From positions 12,339 to 76,338 of the forward strand of contig CAZMSJ010000002.1 in assembly GCA_964568925.1 (NCBI GenBank): a stretch of DNA of 64,000 nt, given 5' to 3'. This DNA is from an uncultured Gammaproteobacteria bacterium (GTDB lineage Bacteria > Patescibacteriota > Microgenomatia > UBA8517). Made by a program: the position numbers and the translations under genes. Each line of letters begins with the position of its first letter. Within the stretch, counting starts at the first letter, position 1. Below the pieces are notes generated by a model that worked only from the letters and a program-made list of their open reading frames with translations, was not told the origin of the DNA and did not search any database. Positions 27,993 through 36,931 of the stretch are shown one piece after another.

Positions 27993-29638
27993 AACACCTA
28001 TTAACCAAAAACGGCTTTGCAAAGTGGATACTTCTTGTCATTGTGCTATCAATACCAACATTCGTTCGTATGCTTCAACCTGGTATATATTCTATGCAAG
28101 ACTTCCCGTACTTTCGTGTTGTTGAATACTCTCGTTGTTTCCAAATTGGTGAATTTCCTTGTAGGTGGGCACAGGACTCAGGTCTTGGTTATGGTGAACC
28201 AGTATTTAATTTTTATTCACACGTACCGTTTTTGCTCGGTGCTTTACTAACAAATGTTATATCTTCAAGTGTTACCTCTCTTAAAATTGTGTTTGCCCTT
28301 TCCTTAGTTGGGTCTGCAATTGCGATGTTTTTCCTCTCTCGTGAAGTCTGGAAAAATAACTATTCAGCACTTGTTTCAAGTGTCTTGTATTTATATGCAC
28401 CATATCGGGCAGTGAACGTATGGGTTCGTGGTGCTCTTCCTGAGTCTTTTGCATTTATATTCTTCCCACTAATCATTTATTTCTTTGAAAGATATAGTAA
28501 GACGAAGAGAGTTCGATGGTTGGCGGCCTTCACTATTTCACTGTCACTTCTTATCCTTACACATAATTTGTCAGTTCTGATGTTTGGACCAGTTTTATTG
28601 GTTTGGTGTATGTTTAGAGCATTTTTAAGTAAAAGTGTTAAAACGCTGGTTCCTGTTTTTCTTTCAATCTGCCTCTCTCTTGGTTTAAGTGCCTTTTATC
28701 TTTTGCCAACAGTACTTGAGTCTCAGTACGTTCGATTAGCAACAACTACGGTAGGGTATTTTGATTTCCGAGCACATTTCATTACCTTGAATCAAATATT
28801 TATATCTCGTTTTTGGGGGTATGGGGGATCAACGTGGGGTGATGGAGATGGCTTAAGTTTGTCTTTTGGACAAGCGCAAGGATTTTTCCTTTTTATAACC
28901 ATTGCCGTTTCTATCTATACTTTTTTTAAAAGCAAACAAAAGCAACAATCTGCTACAGCACTTATTCTTTCTTTCCTCACAGTTCTTTTTCTTCTCCTAA
29001 CTCACAACAAAACCGCATTTATCTGGGAAGCGTTTTCTCCAGTTATGAAATATATTCAGTTTCCATGGCGTTTCCTTGGTGTATCTCTGTTTTGTTTGTC
29101 GTTGTCTTCAGGATATGTTATCTCCGTCCTTAACAAAAAATTTGTTACGGTCGTGACTGTTATTCTTGTGACTATTACATTGTTACTAAACACACCGTAC
29201 TTTAAAGAAGACCTTTGGTTTAATCAAACTGACCGTGAGCTTCAAAGTGGAGAGCTGTGGGTGGAACAATCTCGTGCATCAATAGGTGATTATTGGCCTA
29301 CTTACGGTCCAATTCCAACTACTGCTTCAGGACGCTTCACTATGAATAATCAACTTGTTAGTGGTTCAATCATCCCAGTAACAAGTGCTCCTCAGTATAT
29401 TGAGCTGCCAATTGCGTATTTTCCAGGATGGTCAGTTTTTCAAGATAATGATGTCGTCGAAACACAGGCAACGAAAGACGGACTTATTTCCTTTACTGCA
29501 AATTCAGTAGGTAATTATCAGATTCGTTTTACAAACACTCCTGTTCGAGAATGGGGAAATGGGATCTCTGTATTTTCTCTCATGGTACTTTTATGTGTAT
29601 TTAAATATTATTCATTTAAAGAAAAGCAGATATCATGA
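27989..29638 (+). CDS. Polytopic membrane protein, YfhO/PTPS-related-type GT-C candidate (paralogue of 4267..6024)
   Basis: ATG 27989 forms an ATGA overlap, so the ORF-track start at 27968 is an over-extension. Motifs IYSMQDFPYFRVVEYSRCFQIGEFPCRWAQDSGLGYGEPVFNFYSHVPF. C-terminus IAYFPGWSVFQDN plus a terminal TM. Confidence 0.6.
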   Translation: MKHLLTKNGFAKWILLVIVLSIPTFVRMLQPGIYSMQDFPYFRVVEYSRCFQIGEFPCRWAQDSGLGYGEPVFNFYSHVPFLLGALLTNVISSSVTSLKIVFALSLVGSAIAMFFLSREVWKNNYSALVSSVLYLYAPYRAVNVWVRGALPESFAFIFFPLIIYFFERYSKTKRVRWLAAFTISLSLLILTHNLSVLMFGPVLLVWCMFRAFLSKSVKTLVPVFLSICLSLGLSAFYLLPTVLESQYVRLATTTVGYFDFRAHFITLNQIFISRFWGYGGSTWGDGDGLSLSFGQAQGFFLFITIAVSIYTFFKSKQKQQSATALILSFLTVLFLLLTHNKTAFIWEAFSPVMKYIQFPWRFLGVSLFCLSLSSGYVISVLNKKFVTVVTVILVTITLLLNTPYFKEDLWFNQTDRELQSGELWVEQSRASIGDYWPTYGPIPTTASGRFTMNNQLVSGSIIPVTSAPQYIELPIAYFPGWSVFQDNDVVETQATKDGLISFTANSVGNYQIRFTNTPVREWGNGISVFSLMVLLCVFKYYSFKEKQIS

Positions 29639-31293
29639 AATTCATAAAGAAGAACATTCTCCTAATAAGTATTGTTATCTTTGCTTTTATACTCCGTTTT
29701 TTTAATCTTTCTTCCTTTCCACCATCCTTAAATTGGGATGAAATATCCCATGGTTATAATGCCTATTCAATACTTAAGACTGGAACTGACGAATGGGGAG
29801 CTTTACCAATCGGCAATTTTAGAGCGTACGGTGACTATCCACTGACCGCTAATTTATATCTGACGGTACCCTTTGTTGCACTATTTGGGTTAACAGAGTT
29901 TGCCATCAGATTTCCACATGTGTTATTGGGGGTAGGAACGGTGATTGCTACTTACTTTTTAGCCAAAGGCGTAACAAAAAGAAAAGATATTGCTCTTTTA
30001 TCCTCGTTTCTTATCGCGGTTGATCCCTGGACATTCTTTACCAGCAGATTTGTATTACAAAGTAATATTTCTATCTTTTTATTAGTAAGTGCCTTTGCCT
30101 GCTTTTTCAATCGAGATAAGTATCCAAAACTGCTTACCTTGGCCACAGTGTTGTTTGGTATGAGTCTTTTTGCGTATCACACAACTCGTATTGTGACGCC
30201 ATTGGTTATGCTTCTTCTTTTACTTGTTTACCGAAGGTCTGTTATTACAAAGTCTACCGTGATACTTACGATTCTGTTTGCGGCCGCCCTGGGTGTAATT
30301 CTTCTTCAGTCTTCATCTCGTGCTAGAGCAAATGAAGTGTTCCTCTTGAATCCAGGGGTTGTTGCTCAAATAGAAAGTCAAAGAAATGAGTCAAGCTGGT
30401 CTCCTCTTGTCTCAAAGATCATATATAACCGACCTGTTTATTTATTGACTCATACTGCAAAAAATTACATCGAATACTTCAGTCCAACATATCTTTTTAT
30501 TGAAGGTGGAACTCAATATCAGTTTAGCGTACCTCACCATGGTCTTATGTATGTGGTATGGTTACCGTTTTTTTACATTGGTCTTTTCACAATAGTGAAA
30601 CGTGCGTCAAAAAAAGATACTATTTCTCTCGTTCTCTTAGGGTGGCTGTTAATAGCGCCGATTCCAGCAAGTATTACAGTTGAGAGATTTGCAGTCTTAC
30701 GAGCAACCTCACTTCTTCCTCTGCCAGAACTGTTTTCTGCAATCGGTATATTTGCTTTTTGTGAACTTGTCCTAAAAAGTAAACGTCATGCGATTCGTTT
30801 AATTTCAATTGTGATCGTAATAACACTGCTTTTATTAGCCAGATACCTTACTATCTATACAACGACGTATACAAAAGACTACTCTTGGGCGTGGCAGTAT
30901 GGATACAAACAAGCTGTTATTTTTTCACAAGAAAATTATTCTCGTTTTGACAAGATTATCGTTACCAAAAAATATGGAGAACCACACGAATTTTTCCTGT
31001 TCTACGGTAAGATCGATCCGATGACGTACAAAACAAGTAAGACACTCAATAGATTTACTCAGTCAAACTGGTGGTGGGTAGATAGCTTTGAAAAATATGT
31101 CTTTATAAATGACTGGCAAATTCCCAAACAAGGAGATACATTTGTAACAGAAAGTAAGCAGTTAACTGACTGTACATCTCAACGCTGTTTATTAATCACA
31201 ACACCTGGAAATGCACCAAGTAAGTGGAGCAAAATAAAAACGATATACTTTTTAGATATGAAGCCTGCATTTGAACTATATGAAAATAACTAA
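29635..31293 (+). CDS. GT-C-fold membrane glycosyltransferase, PMT_2/GT39-like (array paralogue D)
   Basis: Motifs NWDEISHGYNAYSILKTGTDEWG, YFSPTYLFIEGGTQYQF, and C-terminal YGYKQAVIFSQENYSRFDKIIV...PHEFFLFYGKIDP. ATGA overlap. Confidence 0.7.
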   Translation: MKFIKKNILLISIVIFAFILRFFNLSSFPPSLNWDEISHGYNAYSILKTGTDEWGALPIGNFRAYGDYPLTANLYLTVPFVALFGLTEFAIRFPHVLLGVGTVIATYFLAKGVTKRKDIALLSSFLIAVDPWTFFTSRFVLQSNISIFLLVSAFACFFNRDKYPKLLTLATVLFGMSLFAYHTTRIVTPLVMLLLLLVYRRSVITKSTVILTILFAAALGVILLQSSSRARANEVFLLNPGVVAQIESQRNESSWSPLVSKIIYNRPVYLLTHTAKNYIEYFSPTYLFIEGGTQYQFSVPHHGLMYVVWLPFFYIGLFTIVKRASKKDTISLVLLGWLLIAPIPASITVERFAVLRATSLLPLPELFSAIGIFAFCELVLKSKRHAIRLISIVIVITLLLLARYLTIYTTTYTKDYSWAWQYGYKQAVIFSQENYSRFDKIIVTKKYGEPHEFFLFYGKIDPMTYKTSKTLNRFTQSNWWWVDSFEKYVFINDWQIPKQGDTFVTESKQLTDCTSQRCLLITTPGNAPSKWSKIKTIYFLDMKPAFELYENN

Positions 31294-32947
31294 GCAAACA
31301 CTTATTTTGTTAGCAATTCTTGTCTTGTCCTTTGTTTTGCGTTTCTATCAATTAAGCACCGTCCCTCCACACTTAACTCCAGATGAAGCATCTCTTGGTT
31401 ACAATGCATATTCAATCTTAAAGACGGGACGAGATGAATATGGTCAACTATTGCCAATCATTTTCAAATCATTCGGTGATTACAAACCTGGTTTATATGT
31501 CTATACAACAATTCCCTTTGTTGCGCTCTTTGGCTTAAACGAATTCTCGGTTCGCGCGACGAGTGCTATAAGCGGGGTTATTGCAGTCATATTGCTTTAT
31601 CTTATTACTAAAAAGCTTTTTCCAGATAAAGAACATCGGAATTTACCCTACATTACAAGCTTCCTACTATCAGTCGCTCCTTGGCATATTATGTTCTCAC
31701 GAGGTGCTTGGGAAATTAACTTATCACTGACACTAACGCTTCTTGGAACCTATTTCTTTTTAAAGATTCCAGATAACATTCGCAATTTGTATTACTCAGT
31801 GTTGGCTTTCGCGTTAACATTTTCAGCCTATCAGGGAGCAAAGTTATCTACTGGTATTGTTGTATTACTGCTTATTGTTACCCATTTTGAAACGGTGAGA
31901 AGAATTCCTGTTAAAAGATATTTTTCAGCAGGACTAATCGCCTTATTAGTTTCATTGCCAATCCTCATGAGTTTATTTAACGGAAAGGCAGGAAGACTAG
32001 CTGTTTTTAGTGTGTTTTCATATCCACGTTCTGAAAGTTATATAGCTCACTTTATAGCTGAATCAGGAATCTCTAAAAATACACTTCCGTACTATCTGTA
32101 TTATTCTGAAACACAAAATTTTGCTCGAGGGGTATTAGGACGATGGTTTAATCATTTTTCAGGAAGATTTTTATTCTTTGAAGGTGATTGGCAGAACCCT
32201 CGACATACTGCCCCAAACCACGGTGTACTTAATTTGGCAGATATGGTGCTGTTACCGATTGGTGTATTTGTGTTAATTAAAAATTCTCGAAGCAAGAATG
32301 TTATCTTTGTGATTCTATGGCTTTTGACTGCCTGCTTGCCTGCAGTGCTGTCACGAGATCAGGTTCATGCCGTTCGTTCATATAACATGGTTATTCCAGT
32401 TGTTATAACACTTGGTTTGGGAATTCAATTTCTTTTGAATTCGTTTCGTGGAGTATCGAAAAATGTGGTTATCCTCACTACTGTCATGGTCTATCTGGTT
32501 GGTTTCATCTATTTTCTTGACGCCTTTTTTGTCCATGTACCCTCACATGCTTCAAAGCTGTGGGAATATGGATATAAGCAGATAGTTGAGACGGTAAGCC
32601 CACTTGAAAACGATTATGACAATATTTATGTCCAACAAAGCTACGCTCAGCCATATATATTCTTCTTGTTTTTTAACAAAGTTGATCCTGCTACATATCA
32701 AAAACAAGCAAAGCTTGCAGAAAGCACCAGTGGTGATGTTGGACACATTGAAAAGGTAGGTAAAATATCTTTTATAGATATTGATTGGTCTCGTGTTCGT
32801 GGTGAGAAGGGGAGCATTATTGTTGGTGATACCCTGCATATTCCCGTCACTGACTCAAAAGAAGGTAAAGAGTTCCATATAATAAAAGAGATTCCGTATC
32901 TTGATGGTAAAAACATCGCATTCCGTATTATCGCTATAAATAAATAA
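31271..32947 (+). CDS. GT-C-fold membrane glycosyltransferase, PMT_2/GT39-like (array paralogue E)
   Basis: Motifs PDEASLGYNAYSILKTGRDEYG, SVAPWHIMFSRGAWE, FLFFEGDWQNPRH, YGYKQIVETVSPLENDYDNIYV...PYIFFLFFNKVDP. An alternative start is ATG 31280. Confidence 0.7.
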   Translation: MNYMKITKQTLILLAILVLSFVLRFYQLSTVPPHLTPDEASLGYNAYSILKTGRDEYGQLLPIIFKSFGDYKPGLYVYTTIPFVALFGLNEFSVRATSAISGVIAVILLYLITKKLFPDKEHRNLPYITSFLLSVAPWHIMFSRGAWEINLSLTLTLLGTYFFLKIPDNIRNLYYSVLAFALTFSAYQGAKLSTGIVVLLLIVTHFETVRRIPVKRYFSAGLIALLVSLPILMSLFNGKAGRLAVFSVFSYPRSESYIAHFIAESGISKNTLPYYLYYSETQNFARGVLGRWFNHFSGRFLFFEGDWQNPRHTAPNHGVLNLADMVLLPIGVFVLIKNSRSKNVIFVILWLLTACLPAVLSRDQVHAVRSYNMVIPVVITLGLGIQFLLNSFRGVSKNVVILTTVMVYLVGFIYFLDAFFVHVPSHASKLWEYGYKQIVETVSPLENDYDNIYVQQSYAQPYIFFLFFNKVDPATYQKQAKLAESTSGDVGHIEKVGKISFIDIDWSRVRGEKGSIIVGDTLHIPVTDSKEGKEFHIIKEIPYLDGKNIAFRIIAINK

Positions 32948-34581
32948 TGAAAAGACTTTTTGTTAAAAATACTTATCTGATTGCAATTCTTGCTGTCGCT
33001 TTTGTTTTGCGATTTTACAATCTAGGTTCATACCCAACCTTTAATGCGGATGAGGCTGCACTTGGGTATAACGCATATTCGCTTCTTCAGACGGGGAAAG
33101 ATGAGCATGGTCATTTCTGGCCAATTCACTTTCAGTCGTTCAACGATTGGAAACCAGGCTTAACAGTTTACCTAATTATGCCAATGGTTCAGTTTTTTGG
33201 ATTGAATGAGTGGAGTGTGCGCGTTTTACCAGCCTTTTTCGGTGTCCTCGGAGTTCTCGGAATATATCTACTGGTTTCTGAATTAACAAATAAAAATAGA
33301 AATATTTCCTTAGCTGCTGCTTTTCTCCTCGCAGTTTCTCCTTGGCATATCCATTTTTCTCGAGGTGCATGGGAAGTAACAATTGCTACGACATTTATCA
33401 CCTTTGGTTTGGTTTTTCTGCTTCGATCTTTTAAACAAAAAAAGTATCTTTATCTTTCCGTAATCTTATTTGTGTTGTCACTCTATACCTATCACGCTGC
33501 CCGAATAGTTGCTCCTTTGCTCGTTTTTATGACCTTTGTTACGCATATTCCACAATTTAGAAAGAATATAAAAGGTCTTCTCGTTGCAATCGTTTTAGGA
33601 GTAGTCCTTACTGTGCCGCTCGCCATTGATATGACAAAGCCTGAAGCACTTTCTCGAGCCGCTGGTGTTGGTCTCTTTGCAGACCCTGGACCACGCTCCC
33701 GAATTGAAGAGCAGAGAGGAGAACATATCGATTATCAATCTCTCTTCCCTAAATTGCTTCATAACAAGGCCGTTAACTATGGTCTGGCATTTCTTGATAA
33801 TTGGACAGCACATTTTCATGGAGAATTCCTATTCCTATCAGGCGATGAGATCCAACGAAATCGTGTTCCTGAAACAGGGGAGCTCTATACTATTGAAATT
33901 TTGTTTCTAGGTACTGCTCTGTTTGTTTTGTCACGAACAAATACCTACCTTCGTAGAAAGACACCATTCTTGTGGCTTCTGATTGCCCCTGTTGCTGCAG
34001 CACTTACATTTCAGGCACCACATGCTCTTCGTGCACAAAACATGATAATCCCTCTGACGATATTTTCTGGGTTTGGACTATCATTTTTGTGGAACTATCC
34101 GTTTAAGAAAAAACAGTTTTTAAAGATTACCCGAATAGTGCTCAGTCTTATTTTAGCCGTCAGTATATCTCGGTATCTGTTAATGTATTACTCACATATG
34201 TCTCAGGAATACTCGTATTCATCACAATATGGCGTTAAAGAGCTTGTAACCTACGTAAGTGAAAACAGTAGCAACTATGCTCATGTTCTCGTTACAGACC
34301 GATATGACCAACCATATGTATTATTCTTGTTTTATTTGAAGTACCCTCCACAACTATTCCAAAATGAGGGGAGACTTACTGATAAGGATGGGTTTGGTTT
34401 TTCAACAGTCCGGTCTTTCGGTAAATACGAATTCCGTTCAATTAAGTTTGATGAAGATAGACCTAAAGCAACAAACACGTTAATTGCTGGAACAAAAGAA
34501 GAAATACCAGATGAGGCCAATATTGTTAAAAACATTTACGGCAGCAATGGTTTCCTCTATTTTAGAGTAGTCGCAAACTAA
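32947..34581 (+). CDS. GT-C-fold membrane glycosyltransferase, PMT_2/GT39-like (array paralogue F)
   Basis: Motifs ADEAALGYNAYSLLQTGKDEHG, AVSPWHIHFSRGAWE, FLFLSGDEIQRNR, YGVKELVTYVSENSSNYAHVLV...PYVLFLFYLKYPP. TAATG 1-nt overlap. Confidence 0.7.
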   Translation: MKRLFVKNTYLIAILAVAFVLRFYNLGSYPTFNADEAALGYNAYSLLQTGKDEHGHFWPIHFQSFNDWKPGLTVYLIMPMVQFFGLNEWSVRVLPAFFGVLGVLGIYLLVSELTNKNRNISLAAAFLLAVSPWHIHFSRGAWEVTIATTFITFGLVFLLRSFKQKKYLYLSVILFVLSLYTYHAARIVAPLLVFMTFVTHIPQFRKNIKGLLVAIVLGVVLTVPLAIDMTKPEALSRAAGVGLFADPGPRSRIEEQRGEHIDYQSLFPKLLHNKAVNYGLAFLDNWTAHFHGEFLFLSGDEIQRNRVPETGELYTIEILFLGTALFVLSRTNTYLRRKTPFLWLLIAPVAAALTFQAPHALRAQNMIIPLTIFSGFGLSFLWNYPFKKKQFLKITRIVLSLILAVSISRYLLMYYSHMSQEYSYSSQYGVKELVTYVSENSSNYAHVLVTDRYDQPYVLFLFYLKYPPQLFQNEGRLTDKDGFGFSTVRSFGKYEFRSIKFDEDRPKATNTLIAGTKEEIPDEANIVKNIYGSNGFLYFRVVAN

Positions 34582-34582
34582 T

Positions 34583-35446
34583 ATGAAAACATTGTCTGTA
34601 GTCCTCGCAACTAGAAACGAAGAATCAAATATTGGTGCGTGTCTATCTTCTGTCAAAGATATTGCCAATGAAATAATTGTTTTTGATGAATATTCGACAG
34701 ATGATACTCAGAAAATAGCAAAGTCATTTGGTGCCATTGTCCATTCAGTACAACACGAAGATATTTTTCATGCTACAAAGCAGAAGGCAATTTCTGCAGC
34801 AGGTTGTGATTGGATACTTCAACTTGATGCAGATGAGATCGTTTCAAAAGAACTTGCACAAGAAATACAGGAAGTGCTTTCTATGTCAGATGAGGAGATT
34901 AAACGTCGTAGACCAGAAAGCTCGAGACAATGGAACTTATTTAAAAGGCATCAGCACGTTGTTGAAGCTCGTGATGGAAAATTAGGTAAGAAGACAAACG
35001 AAGTTGTAGCCTTTTTCATACCACGAAGAAATTTATTTATTGGTGAACCACTTATTCATGCTGGTGTTTATCCAGATGGAGTAATAAGACTTGTTAAAAG
35101 AAACAAGGCGTATTTACCAGCCAAAAGCGTACACGAGCAGATGGTTATTGATGGAGAGGTTGCCTGGCTCTTTTCTGATCTTATACATAATGACTCGCCA
35201 ACTCTCACTAAATATTTAAAGAGAATGAACAGATATACCGATTTGCGGGCAGCTGATTTAAAGGTAATGCAAATACCTAAAAATATAACCCAGTTATTCG
35301 TCGCTACATTTCTTTCTCTGCCTTCACAATTTGCATTACGATACCTTCGAAGAAGGGGATACAAAGATGGAATCAGAGGTTTTTTATGGGCACTTCTTTC
35401 AGCCTGGCAGTACCCACTTGCCTACTACAAATATTACTTCAATTGA
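34583..35446 (+). CDS. GT2 glycosyltransferase (WaaE/KdtX-like subfamily)
   Basis: Motifs LSVVLATRNEESNIGACLSS, IIVFDEYSTDDT, QLDADE, HAGVYPDG, LKRMNRYTDLRAADL. Confidence 0.75.
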   Translation: MKTLSVVLATRNEESNIGACLSSVKDIANEIIVFDEYSTDDTQKIAKSFGAIVHSVQHEDIFHATKQKAISAAGCDWILQLDADEIVSKELAQEIQEVLSMSDEEIKRRRPESSRQWNLFKRHQHVVEARDGKLGKKTNEVVAFFIPRRNLFIGEPLIHAGVYPDGVIRLVKRNKAYLPAKSVHEQMVIDGEVAWLFSDLIHNDSPTLTKYLKRMNRYTDLRAADLKVMQIPKNITQLFVATFLSLPSQFALRYLRRRGYKDGIRGFLWALLSAWQYPLAYYKYYFN

Positions 35447-35471
35447 CTTAGCTTCTTTTGTATCTTATAAT
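35443..35471 (+). promoter_or_regulatory. Canonical sigma70-type promoter: TTGACT, 17-nt spacer, TATAAT
   Basis: TTGACT at 35443-35448 overlaps the TGA stop of the upstream GT2 gene. TATAAT is at 35466-35471, giving a 17-nt spacer. This is the only full -35/-10 pair with ideal spacing that I found. Confidence 0.55.
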
Positions 35472-35485
35472 ATAATACTCAAAAA

Positions 35486-35492
35486 GGGAGGT
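35486..35492 (+). promoter_or_regulatory. Shine-Dalgarno site AGGGAGG
   Basis: AGGGAGG ends 4 nt before GTG 35497. Confidence 0.6.
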
Positions 35493-35496
35493 TACC

Positions 35497-35811
35497 GTGT
35501 CACAACTAACCGTGTATTATTGCCCATTTGTAGATGGACAGCCGCTCATTCTGATGCTCATCGACGATGCTTCACAGCAGATGCAGATTTATGCTCGGAC
35601 ACATTTCATACAGAGAGTAAAGGAGATTGTCGCGATCGCAGAAGGATTTGGAGTTACTCCCGAGCAGAAAACAGATTTGGAGTATGGATTCGTATCATCC
35701 GTGATCGAATGCAGAACTTCTTGGGAAGCGATTCGCGGGGAAGTTATTGATCACATCTCTGCCTGCATATCAGAGTGGAAGCGAACGAGTTCACTTATTT
35801 GTTTCGATTGA
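35497..35811 (+). CDS. Small cytoplasmic hypothetical protein (104 aa), monocistronic
   Basis: GTG start after a strong SD. No TM segment or signal peptide, and no motif I recognise. By hand count it has 142/315 = 45% G+C. It has its own promoter and terminator. Confidence 0.55.
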   Translation: MSQLTVYYCPFVDGQPLILMLIDDASQQMQIYARTHFIQRVKEIVAIAEGFGVTPEQKTDLEYGFVSSVIECRTSWEAIRGEVIDHISACISEWKRTSSLICFD

Positions 35812-35816
35812 GATAA

Positions 35817-35845
35817 GCCGCCCTTCAGTGGGCGGCCTATTTGTG
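35817..35845 (+). terminator. Intrinsic terminator candidate
   Basis: Perfect 7-bp GC stem: GCCGCCC (35817-23), loop TTCAGT, GGGCGGC (35830-36), followed by CTATTTGTG (a weak U-tract). It starts 6 nt after the stop codon. Confidence 0.55.
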
Positions 35846-35871
35846 CCTGACCAGATATAGCAAAAAACTTG

Positions 35872-35877
35872 TATACT
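35872..35877 (+). promoter_or_regulatory. -10 box TATACT, 7 nt before ATG 35885
   Basis: It sits downstream of the terminator and has no SD. Confidence 0.35.
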
Positions 35878-35884
35878 ATTGGTA

Positions 35885-36931
35885 ATGATAATTGCAATCG
35901 ATTGTGGCCCACTTAACGACGCAAATTCAATAAGAGGAGTTGGGGCATATACCAAAAACTTGGTTACAAGTTTGCAAAACCTTTCTAAACGAAAGGGTTT
36001 TACGCTTGATGCAATTGATGCTAAAAACAGCAATCTTTCACAGTACGACGTTATTCATTATCCATTTTTCGATTTCTTCAAAAACACACTACCCACACAC
36101 AAAAACGTGAAGACAGTGGTTACGATTCATGACACAATTCCACTTTTGTATCCATTACAGTATCCCCCAGGATTAAAGGGCTCAATCCAATTGTTTAGGC
36201 AGAAGAGGGCTTTGAAATCCGTAAGTCATGTAATAACGATCTCAGAAACTTCTAAAAAAGATATTGTCAGGTATTTACCGGTAGATGCAAATAAAATTAC
36301 TTCTATATACGAAGGCCCCACCATTGTAGAGAGAGATATCACCCAAAAAGAAATTATTCAACTGAAAGAGAAGTATGGGTTACCTGAAAAATTCATTTTA
36401 TATATAGGGGACGTGAATTGGAATAAAAACATACTTACTTTGTGTAAAGCTGCAGAAATGACAAAAATCCCTGTTGTAATTATTGGGAGTGCTGCCGTAC
36501 AAAACAATTTTGATCGTAACCATATAGAGAATCGATCACTAGTCGAGTTGCAAGATAGATATGGGAAAAGTCCGTACGTCATTCGACTTGGCTATGTAGC
36601 TGATGATTTAGCCGTATTTTTTAAAGCGGCCTTTTGTTATTGCCAACCATCTTTCTATGAAGGATTCGGGCTTTCCGTCCTGGATGCCCTGTTATCAAAA
36701 ACCCCAGTTGTTTGTGCAAAAACACAAGCATTAACAGAGATTTACGGAGATACGTGCACCTATTTTGATCCTAAGAATGTGCAATCTTTAGTTTTAGCTA
36801 TAGAAAGTATTACAAATCATATTGATACAAAAGAGCATATTGTCGCAGGTTACAAGTTAGCTAAGACATTCTCGTGGGAGAAAACGGCAGAACAAACATA
36901 TGAAGTCTATAAAAAAATCATTAGTAACTGA
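35885..36931 (+). CDS. GT4 (GT-B) glycosyltransferase
   Basis: ATG 35885 (MIIAIDCGPLNDANSIRGVGAYTKNL) is preferred over the ORF-track TTG 35879. C-terminal motif YEGFGLSVLDALLSKTPVV. Confidence 0.8.
   Translation: MIIAIDCGPLNDANSIRGVGAYTKNLVTSLQNLSKRKGFTLDAIDAKNSNLSQYDVIHYPFFDFFKNTLPTHKNVKTVVTIHDTIPLLYPLQYPPGLKGSIQLFRQKRALKSVSHVITISETSKKDIVRYLPVDANKITSIYEGPTIVERDITQKEIIQLKEKYGLPEKFILYIGDVNWNKNILTLCKAAEMTKIPVVIIGSAAVQNNFDRNHIENRSLVELQDRYGKSPYVIRLGYVADDLAVFFKAAFCYCQPSFYEGFGLSVLDALLSKTPVVCAKTQALTEIYGDTCTYFDPKNVQSLVLAIESITNHIDTKEHIVAGYKLAKTFSWEKTAEQTYEVYKKIISN

Noticed and set aside
35331-35750. A 139-aa ORF overlapping the end of the GT2 gene and the small cassette gene in another frame.
   Set aside because: It has no SD or promoter logic, it begins inside the GT2 gene, and it is Arg/Cys-rich as expected for an out-of-frame read of locally GC-richer DNA. 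The 35497 frame has the SD and is followed by the terminator.
35450-35850. Possibility that the GC-richer 35.45-35.85 kb segment is a structured RNA gene (RNase P, tmRNA, SRP or 6S RNA).
   Set aside because: I found no conserved RNase P, tmRNA or SRP sequence blocks by eye. The combination of strong SD, in-frame 104-codon ORF and terminator fits a protein gene. A covariance-model scan would be needed for full exclusion.
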